Below are positions 28,574 through 39,099 of a DNA stretch of 64,000 nt, in pieces. A program made the position numbers and the translations under genes. The notes beneath the pieces are model-generated. The model had not been told where the DNA came from, made no database searches, and worked only from the letters and a program-made list of their open reading frames with translations. The stretch is from Candidatus Hadarchaeota archaeon (GTDB taxonomy: Archaea; CAYQAE01; CAYVLA01): positions 25,456-89,455 of the forward strand of contig CAZUNO010000010.1 in assembly GCA_964621445.1 (NCBI GenBank), read 5' to 3'. How positions within the stretch are numbered: position 1 is the first letter of the stretch; each line of letters opens with the position of its first letter.

Positions 28574-29122
28574 GTGAAAATCATGTTTGGACATAAAAAA
28601 GCAAGCCTATTTGTCATAATTTGCCTTGCAGTTCTCTCCGTAGGTGTGTTAGCAGCTTCGGTGGACCCGGTTCTTTTCGATGATTGGCAGGCAGGAGACG
28701 CCGATTCGGAATGCGAACAGGCCGACTGTGATGCTGAATATGCGTATAAGATAGATGAGTGGAATGAGCCCGAATCAATGGATGGGTCCTACCTAACAGG
28801 ACAGGGAAACACCATCACCATATCTAACGATGATGGATATACCTTCGATTGGGATTCCCAATGGTCGGTGACCTGCGTGATTGTCAAGGCTGCAGGCAAG
28901 GCGAATGTATTCTACTATCCTAATGGCGCTTATGGCGATACTGAACTCTTTGCGCCAATGCGTGTTGTGGGTGGTGCAGACGGTACTTACCAGATAAGTC
29001 ACGTTACTTTCTGCTATAATAGTCCCCAAGAACCTCCCACCGTCCCCGTGCTTCCCCTGATGGCGATTCCAGCGGGCTTGACAGTTGCCGGTTTATTGCT
29101 CCGAAGGAAGAGAGATAAATAG
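28574..29122 (+). CDS. Secreted small beta-domain protein with CTERM-type sorting signal
   Basis: Signal peptide; FDW..VIVK..ISHVTFCY domain; Pro linker, VPVLP, TM, RRKR. Confidence 0.75.
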   Translation: MKIMFGHKKASLFVIICLAVLSVGVLAASVDPVLFDDWQAGDADSECEQADCDAEYAYKIDEWNEPESMDGSYLTGQGNTITISNDDGYTFDWDSQWSVTCVIVKAAGKANVFYYPNGAYGDTELFAPMRVVGGADGTYQISHVTFCYNSPQEPPTVPVLPLMAIPAGLTVAGLLLRRKRDK

Positions 29123-29251
29123 GCTGAATCTCCCTTTAGCGTCCTGAGTCAGTTCAAAGAAAGGACCTCTTAGACTGATCTTTTCGGAAAATTTATGCCC
29201 TTATCCAAGCGTAAACGGACACCAAATAGCTGAATTCCATTCTATTATAGC

Positions 29252-29428
29252 TCAATCGAAATCGAAAATAGTTCTTCCCTTCGAGAAATGCATCACAAAC
29301 CGGCAGTTGCTGCAAATCATGAGAATCACTTTGTGAGCGGTGACTCCCTACTTGCTATCGATCTTTCCCTCTTCCTTTTCGAAATTAGTACCCCCGCAGA
29401 GAGGGCATTTGAGATTAGCGGTATTCAT
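29252..29428 (-). pseudogene. Small zinc-ribbon protein gene interrupted by in-frame TAG (29348-29350); not in the ORF track; frame can start at 29464
   Basis: MNTANLKCPLCGGTNFEKEEGKIDSK*GVTAHKVILMICSNCRFVMHFSKGRTIFDFD; the two CxxC knuckles lie on either side of the TAG; GTGAT SD-like element before the ATG. Confidence 0.75.
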
Positions 29429-29588
29429 ACTATCACATTGATCCATTTTATTCTTTTTAGTCATCTCTCTGAAACTTTATTGATCTTCGGTGAAGATCAC
29501 AGCTCATTGATAGGAGGCAGTGCCGAAGATTTTCTGCTTACTCGATTTCAAGCAAGATTATTTAGATCTGACGTTAATAGGCTTTCCT

Positions 29589-32144
29589 ATGAATGGGCGT
29601 CATTTCTTAGCCACCCTGGCATTGTTATCCATACTGGCAACGCCTGTTTTTTCCACATCAACCAGGCCGAAACATATCCACCTAGGTTGGCTGAATGATA
29701 CCAGAACCACGGTTACCATAAGTTGGCGGACCGAATACGAATCTCCTGGAATCGTTGAATATGGCTTGGACTCCAGTTATGGCCAATCAGTTTCCGGACC
29801 CAATGGCAGGATTCACCATGTGGAGCTCTCGAACCTTGAACCCGAAACCACCTATCATTTTAGATGCGGTTGTGATGGAGCCTGGTCAAGGGATCTAAGC
29901 TTCACCACCGCTCCATCAAGCCCTGAAACGCCATTCAAGTTTGTGGCCCTTGGTGATTCGAGAACCAATATGTATGTGTGGAATGACATCTGCGAGGCCG
30001 TATCAAAGAGCAACGCACCTTTCTGCATCCACACCGGGGACCTGGTTTCAGAAGGGGATCGACAGGAGCAATGGAATCAATGGTTTGAATCCGGTCAAAG
30101 CCTGCTTTCAGGGACTGTTTTCATGCCTACAATCGGAGGACACGAGAAGAATTCACACAAATATTTTGAGCAGTTCGCGCTTCCTGAGCCACAGCAATGG
30201 TATTCCTTTGACTATGGAAATGTACACTTCGTCGCTTTATCTACGGAGAACTGGATGGAGGGGCCCCAAAAGGAATGGTTGGAAAAAGATCTCTCGTCCA
30301 CCGATGCCCTTTGGAAAATCGTATTCTATCACATCCCGATGTATAGCTCGGGAAGTCATGGACCATCTCCCCGTGTGCAACAGGCCTGGAGGGATATATT
30401 TGACCGCTATCACGTAGATCTGGTATTCAACGGGCACGATCACCTCTACTCCAGGTCCCTACCCATATACAATGGAAAGATGACCAATTTCACGGATAGA
30501 GGGACCATACATATGGTTACCGGTGGGGCAGGAGCCCCCTTGCATGGGGTTGAGCCAAATGATTTTGACTGGCTGGGCAAGGCTTTGACCATATACCATT
30601 ACGTTATAGTGGAGGTCAATGGAAGTAGGCTTCATCTCGAGGCCCGTACCATCGATAATGAAACTTTTGATGTCCTTGATATAGACAAGAAGCTCTCACC
30701 GGACCTGGTGGTGGAGGACCCGGTCATGAATCCGGAGATACCTTCTCCGAACTCGGAGGGGGTCATATCTGCTACGGTGATTAATAGAGGGCACTTAACA
30801 TCGAATGAAACCGATTTGATTTTATTATCCAATAGCACCGAGTGCCTGGAAATATCCGTCCCCTCCCTGGAGCCAGGCGAAAGTTGGAGAATGGAGGCTG
30901 ATTGGAGTGGGGTGAAAGGCAAACATAACCTCACCATGATAATTGATCCACAAAACGAGATCGATGAAGGTGTAATGGAGTGGAATAACGGGGCCTCGTT
31001 GCTCGTTGACGTTTCACCCCCAAAACCGGACCTGATACCCCTCTCTTTGGATGTTGAAAGTGGAGATTTGATGGCTGGAGAGATCTCCACCCTTAGCACG
31101 ACCGTCAAGAACATTGGGAACAGTGCCTCCGAGTCATGTATCTGTGTATTCTCGGCTGGTCAAATTCAAAGAGTAGCCACTGTTCCTGGACTATTGGAGA
31201 ATTCAACAACGGAAGTAGTTTTCGAGAATATAGCCCTAGATGTCGGGGATTGGGAGGGAAAGATCATCGTGGATGGGAATCAAAGTGTCGAGGAGATCCG
31301 TGAGGGTAATAACTTGCTCGAGGTGCCGATTTCCGTAAGGGAGTTCATAAGCAAAAATGGCGCACATTATCCGAAGGGGGCTGTTGAAGGAGAACCCTTG
31401 ATAATTAGATATGACGACCGCAATGGATCTCTTCCGCAGAATTCGGATTCCTGTGCCATAATTTGGGGAATCAACGACTGGAATCCTCCCGAATCCCGGC
31501 CAGTCAATACCGCCTCTAGTGACCAGGGTGCTGAAACGGTAATGCACAGGGGGTTGGGAGGTTATTGGACGGTCTACCTCCCGGTGACCAAAAAGGTCAA
31601 TATGGTGAATTTCAAATTCAGAAATGGACAATTAACCGGAGACACTATTGATGATAACCAGGGGAACGAATGGATGGTTCCCACAAAGGGATGGGCCTTG
31701 GAATTAGTCGAGGAATTAAGGACCTCATTAATTCAAGCTAATGAGCAGGGACTTCACTTACCCAATTACCAGGAGCAGCTCGGACAGGCCAATGAATCCC
31801 TTGAAGATGAGGACTATCTGCGGGCGGTATCAATTGTGGGTAATGCGACCAGAGAGGTAAAGACCAGGACTCTGAATTCCTACTATGAGACGGTCAATGC
31901 CTCCTACTTTGAAGCGGTCAATCTAGGTGCTTCAATACCAAGAGGCCCGGTTCTGCTCAATGCAGCACAAGAGGCGATAGAGGAATGCAATTTCCGGGCC
32001 GCCAGGAGCTGCTTGGACAGGGTTAAAGGGATGGTCTTGGAGGCGAAGGAACAGATACCGGAATTAAGTCCCTCATTAACTTTATTCGTCCTGGTAATTA
32101 TGGTGATCGGTATAGGGAAAAAGGGAAGCCAGGAAGGGCATTGA
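29589..32144 (+). CDS. Secreted purple-acid-phosphatase-like metallophosphoesterase with FN3, two CARDB-like domains and a PEF-like CTERM anchor
   Basis: Signal peptide; GDSR, HTGD, GGHE, GHDH; PDL.V..N.G CARDB repeats; IPE-TM-KK end. Confidence 0.85.
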   Translation: MNGRHFLATLALLSILATPVFSTSTRPKHIHLGWLNDTRTTVTISWRTEYESPGIVEYGLDSSYGQSVSGPNGRIHHVELSNLEPETTYHFRCGCDGAWSRDLSFTTAPSSPETPFKFVALGDSRTNMYVWNDICEAVSKSNAPFCIHTGDLVSEGDRQEQWNQWFESGQSLLSGTVFMPTIGGHEKNSHKYFEQFALPEPQQWYSFDYGNVHFVALSTENWMEGPQKEWLEKDLSSTDALWKIVFYHIPMYSSGSHGPSPRVQQAWRDIFDRYHVDLVFNGHDHLYSRSLPIYNGKMTNFTDRGTIHMVTGGAGAPLHGVEPNDFDWLGKALTIYHYVIVEVNGSRLHLEARTIDNETFDVLDIDKKLSPDLVVEDPVMNPEIPSPNSEGVISATVINRGHLTSNETDLILLSNSTECLEISVPSLEPGESWRMEADWSGVKGKHNLTMIIDPQNEIDEGVMEWNNGASLLVDVSPPKPDLIPLSLDVESGDLMAGEISTLSTTVKNIGNSASESCICVFSAGQIQRVATVPGLLENSTTEVVFENIALDVGDWEGKIIVDGNQSVEEIREGNNLLEVPISVREFISKNGAHYPKGAVEGEPLIIRYDDRNGSLPQNSDSCAIIWGINDWNPPESRPVNTASSDQGAETVMHRGLGGYWTVYLPVTKKVNMVNFKFRNGQLTGDTIDDNQGNEWMVPTKGWALELVEELRTSLIQANEQGLHLPNYQEQLGQANESLEDEDYLRAVSIVGNATREVKTRTLNSYYETVNASYFEAVNLGASIPRGPVLLNAAQEAIEECNFRAARSCLDRVKGMVLEAKEQIPELSPSLTLFVLVIMVIGIGKKGSQEGH

Positions 32145-32237
32145 TGGATAGGTACCAAGAGGGTTTCGGTAAAGGAATTCTGGTCAGTTACAAATCTCCA
32201 GTAACAATTTTAACCTAGAAATATTCCATCTCGCCTC

Positions 32238-33542
32238 ATGAGTGTAGATAGCTCGGAAGCGGAAAGGCCAAATATCATCTTTATTCTGACGGATGACCTT
32301 GGTTACAAGGATCTTGGCTGTTATGGACAGGACAAGATTCTCACTCCTAACATCGACAGCATGCCCGCTGATGGGACTAGGTTTACAAACTGCTACTCGG
32401 GGAGTGCTGTTTGTGCCCCCTCGAGGAGCGTTTTGATGACCGGTCAGCACACGGGGCATACGAGGGTAAGAGGAAACTTCGCGAAGAAAGGAGGGGTTAT
32501 GGTTCTTGATAACGGATCTCCTCAAAGAAGGGCAGGGATCAAAAGCGAGGATATCACCGTGGCCCAAAGGTTAAAGGAGGCCGGTTATTCTACTGGAATC
32601 ACCGGAAAATGGGGTATAGCCGAGCCCAACACGCCGGGAATACCAACAAAGAAGGGGTTTGATGATTGGTTCGGGTACCTGAATCAGCGACGAGCTCATA
32701 CCTACTATCCTCCATATCTCTGGAGGAACGGGGAGAAGGCTATCCTGGAGGAAAATATCGGCGACCGCGAAGGTTGTTACTCCCACGATCTGTTTACGGA
32801 CTTCGCTTTGGAATTCATCGAGAAAAACGCTGATGGACCATTCTTTCTTTACCTACCGTATACCACACCCCATGGAAAATTCGAGGTCCCTGATCTTGAT
32901 CAATATTCGGACAAACCTTGGCCGGAAAAGGCCAAGGCGTTTGCGGCTATGGTAACCCGTCTTGATAATGACCTTGGTCGTATATTTTCCCTCCTGGAAG
33001 ATAAGGGAATAGATGAAAATACCCTAACCTTCTTTTGCTCGGATAATGGGGCCTCCAGCAATTGGGATGGATTATTCGAGAGCTTGAATGGATTCAGAGG
33101 AAGGAAAGGCGATCTCTATGAGGGCGGCATACGTGTCCCAATGGTAGTACATTGGCCGGGACATGTCCCTCATTCAGTGAGCGACTCTCCATGGTACTTC
33201 GCGGATTTCCTACCCACGGCTTGCTCTCTGGCCGGTATCGAGAAGCCTGGGAACATTGATGGTGTTGACGTAACCCCGACCCTCGTGGGTGAACCTCAGG
33301 AATTAGAACAAAGGCATATGTATTGGGAATTCTACTCCAAGGGTTTCCACCAGGCGGTTAGATTCGATAAATGGAAGGCAGTTCGGCACTCTTCGAAGGG
33401 TACGACCGAGCTTTACGATCTGTCGGATGACGTCTCGGAGAGCAAGGACCTATCTGAGGATAATCCTAAATTGGTACGGGAAATAGAAGCAAAGATGGAT
33501 GAATCCCATGAACCATCTCCAAACTGGCCGGTCGGGGAATAG
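32238..33542 (+). CDS. Arylsulfatase (Cys-type)
   Basis: PNIIFILTDDLG, CAPSRS.LMTG, GKWG, SDNG, YEGGIRVP. Confidence 0.94.
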   Translation: MSVDSSEAERPNIIFILTDDLGYKDLGCYGQDKILTPNIDSMPADGTRFTNCYSGSAVCAPSRSVLMTGQHTGHTRVRGNFAKKGGVMVLDNGSPQRRAGIKSEDITVAQRLKEAGYSTGITGKWGIAEPNTPGIPTKKGFDDWFGYLNQRRAHTYYPPYLWRNGEKAILEENIGDREGCYSHDLFTDFALEFIEKNADGPFFLYLPYTTPHGKFEVPDLDQYSDKPWPEKAKAFAAMVTRLDNDLGRIFSLLEDKGIDENTLTFFCSDNGASSNWDGLFESLNGFRGRKGDLYEGGIRVPMVVHWPGHVPHSVSDSPWYFADFLPTACSLAGIEKPGNIDGVDVTPTLVGEPQELEQRHMYWEFYSKGFHQAVRFDKWKAVRHSSKGTTELYDLSDDVSESKDLSEDNPKLVREIEAKMDESHEPSPNWPVGE

Positions 33543-33594
33543 TTACCAGGGAAATTAGGGAAAATTAGGTTAAGCCCAAAGGGAAAGATGTAAG

Positions 33595-34092
33595 ATGAAG
33601 TCCATCGTGGAGGAGGCTCTCAACCTAGGAGCGACTGAGGCGAAGGTCATTGGCCCCGGTGACATAGTCACCGCCAATTGGGTGAGGCTAAAATGCAGGT
33701 TTGGCTGCCCGGGTTGGGGAAATTCAATTACCTGTCCTCCAAACACTCCAAAGCCTGATGAGATTCGGAAGGTAGTGGATGAATACCAGGCTGCAATCCT
33801 CATTAGAAAACGGGGATCCTGGCCTGACTGCATGGAACGGATGGTTGAGCTGGAAAGGTTCGCGTTTCTCAAGGGTTACTATAAGGCCTTTGCCTTTTCC
33901 TGTGGCCCATGCCGATTATGCGATGATTGTAATCCGGAAAAGGTTTGTCCTTCTCCTGAGAAAGTTAGACCCTCGATGGAGGCTTGCGGTATCGATGTGT
34001 TCGCCACCGCCAGGAATGCGGGGATGCCAATAGACGTTGCAGGATCCCGGGATGAAAACCCCAACTATTATACAATGATACTCGTGGAGTAG
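33595..34092 (+). CDS. DUF2284 predicted metal-binding protein
   Basis: KCRFGC..G...TCPP, GPCRLC..C, RPSMEACGIDV. Confidence 0.85.
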   Translation: MKSIVEEALNLGATEAKVIGPGDIVTANWVRLKCRFGCPGWGNSITCPPNTPKPDEIRKVVDEYQAAILIRKRGSWPDCMERMVELERFAFLKGYYKAFAFSCGPCRLCDDCNPEKVCPSPEKVRPSMEACGIDVFATARNAGMPIDVAGSRDENPNYYTMILVE

Positions 34093-34096
34093 GATT

Positions 34097-35443
34097 TCAC
34101 TCCGTGTACGGCACCGTTCCCCATTCATCGGTGACCAGGCCATATTTCTCAATATAATATTCGGAGGATCTGAACTGGTCATTCCTCTCGTTTAGCATCT
34201 GGCCTAGCAGACCATCGAGCTCGGCCTTGAGATCACGGTACCTTGGGTCATGGCATAGATTATTCATCTGAAATGGATCATTTTCGTTGTCATATAGAAG
34301 CCAGGGACCCTCGAGGGTTCGAGCATAGGTGTATCTCCTGGTCCTCACCCCGCGGTACTCCTTCCCACCATTTTTCTTAACCCATTCTCCGAATGGCGAG
34401 TAACAGGCTATCAGCGAGGCATTCCGGGGGGATGGTTCGTGGTTTATCAGGTGACCCGAGTGATCCAACCCCTCGACCGTTTCAGGGGTCTCAAGCCCCG
34501 AAAGCCCAAGCAGGGTGGGCATGATATCAGGAGTGCTGATCGGGCTTTCTATAATTCTAGATCTATAACCGAACTGCCGGGGGTAGCGCAGTAGAAAGGG
34601 AACGAGAATTGACTCATCCCAGGGCCTTTGCTTTCTCTGTTCGCCCTGGGACCCGAGCATATCTCCATGATCCGAGGTAAATACTAGTATGGTATCCCTT
34701 TCCTGTCCCTGTTCCTTCAGGTTGTTAGTTATCTCCCCCATACAGTCATCCATGGCGGATACATGGGCGTAATACCCTGCCAGTTCCCTGGCCGCCTTCT
34801 CCCTCATCTCCTCGGTTACATTGGGACGTAACTCAACTTCCTCCGGTAGGTACATGCTTCTGTACTTCTCGGGGGCCGTGTGGTAGGGGTTGTGTGGCGG
34901 TCCCCATGAAAGAAATAGCAGGAAGGGTTGCTCTCCAGAGTTCTGTGCTATGAACCTTTTTGCTTCCCGGGTCTGGGCAATGGCATCGTACCCGTCCCAT
35001 TTACTTTCCCGTCCGTCTCCAGTGTAGTAGTACGAGTCATTATACCTATGAGTGCATTCCTGGACCTTCCAGAAATCAAATCCCTGCCTCCTTTCCGGAG
35101 TTATGAAGTTTGAACGCCCATGTCCATCAAGGTGCCATTTTCCGATATATCCCGTTCGATATCCCGCCTCCCTGAAGCAATGGGCTATGGATTTGAATTT
35201 TGGTTCCAGGTAAACGTCGTTCTGGAAGATGCCGTGACTTAGTGGATACATCCCCGAGATCATGCTGGCCCTGGCTGGGCTACACACTGGGCATTGGGAG
35301 ACCGCGTTGGTGAAATTAATGGATTGGCGAGCCAATGAATCCAAATTGGGAGTGTATAGGTTCCGATCACCGGAATAACCGGTTGCCTGGGCTCTCCACT
35401 GATCCCCAAAGACGAATATCACGTTTGGTTTCTCGGGACTCAT
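34097..35443 (-). CDS. Sulfatase (Cys-type)
   Basis: DQWR, CSPARAS..SG, GKWHLDG, PPHNPY, SDHGD. Confidence 0.93.
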   Translation of the reverse strand: MSPEKPNVIFVFGDQWRAQATGYSGDRNLYTPNLDSLARQSINFTNAVSQCPVCSPARASMISGMYPLSHGIFQNDVYLEPKFKSIAHCFREAGYRTGYIGKWHLDGHGRSNFITPERRQGFDFWKVQECTHRYNDSYYYTGDGRESKWDGYDAIAQTREAKRFIAQNSGEQPFLLFLSWGPPHNPYHTAPEKYRSMYLPEEVELRPNVTEEMREKAARELAGYYAHVSAMDDCMGEITNNLKEQGQERDTILVFTSDHGDMLGSQGEQRKQRPWDESILVPFLLRYPRQFGYRSRIIESPISTPDIMPTLLGLSGLETPETVEGLDHSGHLINHEPSPRNASLIACYSPFGEWVKKNGGKEYRGVRTRRYTYARTLEGPWLLYDNENDPFQMNNLCHDPRYRDLKAELDGLLGQMLNERNDQFRSSEYYIEKYGLVTDEWGTVPYTE

Positions 35444-35444
35444 C

Positions 35445-38400
35445 TCACGGTTCCTCTTCCGTCCTGATCGATAGTACCGGCGGGCCCATCAAGCCGCAAG
35501 GTATCCGGACGTAACCATCGGTCCATTCGTCTCCTTCGGTCTCAAACTTTGAAGGTCCCGTCCATTTCGGATATTTCTCCGTGAGATGTAAAGGCCCCAG
35601 CAGGTTACGACGGCTGCTTATTATTTCAATTTCCAGAGGGTTCTCCCCCGGTTCAAGGGCCGGGGTCACCTCCAATTCATATGGAGGCCAGCCAACCCTT
35701 CCCACCTCATTTCCATTGACTCGTACCTTGAATAGCACTCCCTCCCACTCGGGAACCTCTAAGAAGACCCTTTCCTCTTCATCTACATCAGGAGCTTCTA
35801 TTGAGGTAGAATAGGTTATGGACCCACTGTAGCTTGGAAAACCTGAATCTGTCCAGTCTCCCAGGCCGAGTTCTTTCGGGACCTCGTATATGACGGGCTC
35901 CACCTCCTCCAACCGGGCACCAAACTCTCCCGTCAGGTATACGGTCTCCAATCCGTGGTCCTGACTATACTCCGTGGTCATGAGTATGGTGTTTCCTCCT
36001 TTTTTCAGTTGACCAGGTGGAACCCTGATCCTCTTTAGGCTGGGATCTATCCACCAACCCTCACCTTCATCGCGCTCCAGGCGCTTTCCGTTGAGCTCTA
36101 TTTGGAATCTCTCGGGCTGCTCCAGTACTAGATGGCAGGGACCGGATGGAATTTTCTCGGCATTAAACCGGAAACGTATCGAGACCTCAACCTTTTCAAG
36201 ATCGTCCTTTTCCTTCCGGGCCCACGGTTGAACCATCCTACCTCCCCTTCTTTGTAGGCCAATGGAATTTCGAATGGCGGCATCCATCTTCAGGATCTCA
36301 AGAGGGCCCTTCCAGGAACCTCCATCGATGCAATAGCGTCCCATATCCAGGGTGATCGCATTGGGCTCGTCGCGTAGTATTTTCCAAGTTAGAGGATCGA
36401 TATCTATACGTCTGGATTCGGTTAGGTTCTTCCTTTCCCGTAGATCAGGTTTTCCATCAGGATCCACAACAAAAGCCCTACTTCCATAGGCATCTAGGTC
36501 GGTATTGAAGACCACACGGCCATCAGCGGAGTCCGAATCTAGCTTGAAGACATCTCCAGTCGAGGGTTCCCACTCCTGGACCTGGCCGGTGACGGGAATC
36601 TTTACCTCAAGGGGACCGCTTTTCGTGGATTGTTTGGTGTGGCAGATGAATAGATAATTCCGGCCCTCCTCATCTTCTCTCCACATATATAGGCAGTGCG
36701 GATACTCATTCCCATCGGAATCAATTATGGATATGCCGCGGCTGCCGGATGCGTCCAGTATATCCAGTAGTCTTTTTTCCTCAAGGGGTATGGGCATATT
36801 TTCTTCATAGATCCCATCCAATTCATCGCTTTCAATGCCGTCCACCCGGGAATCATGGTTAGAGATGAAAACGACATCGCATCCAGACCCCAATGCTGAG
36901 TTTAGCAGGGCGATGGTTGACGAACGAAGAGTCCAGGTTGGTGGAACAATTATGATCCGGTATCGAGCCTGACCAATAACCAGCTTTCCATCATCGATCC
37001 TGCCATGCCGGGAAAGTATTTCCTCGTCCACGAAATCAAAATCGTAGTGATTGCGGAGGAGCAGGTTCTCCAGGTTTTCCAAATCCCGATTCAGTTCTAA
37101 TAGCTCGTCGGATTCTCGGTCAGCTGCAGAGTAGAGTCCCCATGCGCTCTCTATGGGGTGGAGGACCGCGATATCCCGGATCGCTCTTCCCTGGGTGGTG
37201 AGAACGTTTATTCTGGAGAAATAGTCCTCTACCAGGTTATATTCCCTCCACCAGGGCGACTGGAAGGATATTGATGCTGGATAATCCCTTTTTGCCTGTC
37301 CCTTCATGGTATACCAGGAGAGATGTTGGCACCTGAGGTTCACTCCCAGAGCTGCTTGCCAGTCGCCTACTGCCTTATGCTCTGCGAAATTGAAGTGCCA
37401 GCCGGTGCAGCCATAAAGCTCGCTCAGCATCCATTTTCTGCCGAACTGGTTCTTCACCGAGCTGCACTGTTTTGCGGTGGTTATCTCAGGTTCCATTCCG
37501 CCCTCTCTCTCCAGACCCTGTCCTCTGAGTATGTCTATCCCCGGGGCCTGCATGTGTTCGTAGAATCTCATTGCACTGCCAACCACGGCAGTCTGACTGA
37601 GAAGGTTCTCCTCCGATAACACATGGCCAGTGAATAGCAGATCGTGGTTTTCACACCAATCACCGACTTGTTTGGCGAAAGAACTGGTGAAGAGATGGGT
37701 AATTGTCTCGAAGTAGTCCAAACGAACTTTGGAGAACTCCTTTCCATCCACCCTGAAGAATAGGCTTGGTAGGTGTTCCACTAGATCATAGCCATGTCTA
37801 TCCTGAAATACCTCCAGTAAGGAATCAGTCCAGGGGACGCTTCCCGAGGAGCCGTCGAACCTCAATCTTCCATAGTTTGGTTCATCGGTGAAGATGCCGG
37901 GCACGCCACTTCCCAATTCATTCCCCTCCCTATTCGCGTACCTCTCATGGGTCTTATGGATGAACTCCTGGACCGCACAGGGGGAGAGCGTATCCAGGTA
38001 GGTCTGGCCATTGTACCATGGAGAGGGATCCTCCCTGACCACCTTGAAAAGCAATGCACTCTCCTCCCCATCATTCTGGTCAAAACCGGGCTCTGCTCTT
38101 CTTAGGTCCCTAGCCAATCCATCCTCGATCTTGGCGAAGAAGACTGCGATTTCAGTTCCGTCCAAATCCAAGGAATCCGGGGCTATGACCGAGAGGCGAA
38201 GCTCTCTTCGTTGGTATTCGGGATTCTGGGTCACCAGTCCACCGGCAGCTCCCGAGGGCCATCTATCCTCGTCATACAGCCAGGCCTCCATATCGTTTTT
38301 CTTTGCCTCGTCGATACAGGCGCCAACAAGCTGGAACCATTCATCCGACAGGTATTCAGTTGCCAGCCCGACTCTGGAATGCATAAACGCGCCTCCCAGA

Positions 38401-38525
38401 CCCATTTTATCAAAGACACGGATCTGACGGCGTAACTCGCTTTCCTCGAGAGGACCGTTCCAGGCCCAAAAGGGCTTGCCTCGAAAAGCTGAGGGGGGAT
38501 CGTAAAAGTAGTCACTCAATGCCAA
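35445..38525 (-). CDS. GH106-like glycoside hydrolase (alpha-L-rhamnosidase-like)
   Basis: PFWAWNG, FMHSRVGL, WLYDEDRWPSG.AGG, IFTDEP, PGID, SE.YG, KRDYP. Confidence 0.85.
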   Translation of the reverse strand: MALSDYFYDPPSAFRGKPFWAWNGPLEESELRRQIRVFDKMGLGGAFMHSRVGLATEYLSDEWFQLVGACIDEAKKNDMEAWLYDEDRWPSGAAGGLVTQNPEYQRRELRLSVIAPDSLDLDGTEIAVFFAKIEDGLARDLRRAEPGFDQNDGEESALLFKVVREDPSPWYNGQTYLDTLSPCAVQEFIHKTHERYANREGNELGSGVPGIFTDEPNYGRLRFDGSSGSVPWTDSLLEVFQDRHGYDLVEHLPSLFFRVDGKEFSKVRLDYFETITHLFTSSFAKQVGDWCENHDLLFTGHVLSEENLLSQTAVVGSAMRFYEHMQAPGIDILRGQGLEREGGMEPEITTAKQCSSVKNQFGRKWMLSELYGCTGWHFNFAEHKAVGDWQAALGVNLRCQHLSWYTMKGQAKRDYPASISFQSPWWREYNLVEDYFSRINVLTTQGRAIRDIAVLHPIESAWGLYSAADRESDELLELNRDLENLENLLLRNHYDFDFVDEEILSRHGRIDDGKLVIGQARYRIIIVPPTWTLRSSTIALLNSALGSGCDVVFISNHDSRVDGIESDELDGIYEENMPIPLEEKRLLDILDASGSRGISIIDSDGNEYPHCLYMWREDEEGRNYLFICHTKQSTKSGPLEVKIPVTGQVQEWEPSTGDVFKLDSDSADGRVVFNTDLDAYGSRAFVVDPDGKPDLRERKNLTESRRIDIDPLTWKILRDEPNAITLDMGRYCIDGGSWKGPLEILKMDAAIRNSIGLQRRGGRMVQPWARKEKDDLEKVEVSIRFRFNAEKIPSGPCHLVLEQPERFQIELNGKRLERDEGEGWWIDPSLKRIRVPPGQLKKGGNTILMTTEYSQDHGLETVYLTGEFGARLEEVEPVIYEVPKELGLGDWTDSGFPSYSGSITYSTSIEAPDVDEEERVFLEVPEWEGVLFKVRVNGNEVGRVGWPPYELEVTPALEPGENPLEIEIISSRRNLLGPLHLTEKYPKWTGPSKFETEGDEWTDGYVRIPCGLMGPPVLSIRTEEEP

Positions 38526-38600
38526 GATATCACTTCGAACAATTAGGCGAAGATGGAATCCCTGTTTAAATGTCTCGCCTAGATAGGTACGGGTAAGTAT

Positions 38601-39035
38601 CTATCTCGAATACTTGCCGACCAGGACTGCCTTTTCGATAATCAAATCGTCCATAGCCTGTTCCAGGTCCTTCTTGCTTGAGCCTTCCCTCAAATCCAAG
38701 GTATCCTCAAGTGCATAGAGTTTGAAGAAGTACCGGTGAACTCCACTGGGAGGACAGGGGCCGCCATACCCTTTTTTGCCAAATCCCGTCTTCCCTTGAA
38801 CCCCGGAGGGCTCTTCCCCTTCCTCAATTTTCTCGGTGTCGGAAGGGATATTCCAAACAACCCAATGATCAAATGTACCCATGGGTGCGTCGGGATCATC
38901 CATTACCAGGGCTAGGCTCTCAGTTCCATCGGGAATGTCAGAGAAAACCAATTCGGGAGAAACATCATCACCATCACACGTGTACTTTTTAGGTATCATT
39001 TCCTTATTTTCAAAAGCTGGGCAAGAAATCTCCAA
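38601..39035 (-). CDS. YbhB/YbcL family (PEBP) protein
   Basis: YTCDG.D.SP, DDPDAP..TF.HW, Y.GPCPP.G.HRY.F. Confidence 0.93.
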   Translation of the reverse strand: MEISCPAFENKEMIPKKYTCDGDDVSPELVFSDIPDGTESLALVMDDPDAPMGTFDHWVVWNIPSDTEKIEEGEEPSGVQGKTGFGKKGYGGPCPPSGVHRYFFKLYALEDTLDLREGSSKKDLEQAMDDLIIEKAVLVGKYSR

Positions 39036-39099
39036 TCATAAACCTCCAACTACCTCTACTTATGATCCAACTTAAGCTTTTCGATATGAAAGAAAATTT

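Noticed and set aside
29348-29350. Genome-wide TAG reassignment or pyrrolysine
   Set aside because: TAG ends many genes at their expected C-termini (e.g. apgM), and no pyl genes are in the window.
29288-29698. 136-aa plus-strand ORF
   Set aside because: Antisense shadow of the zinc-ribbon gene that also overlaps the phosphatase start; no recognisable motifs.
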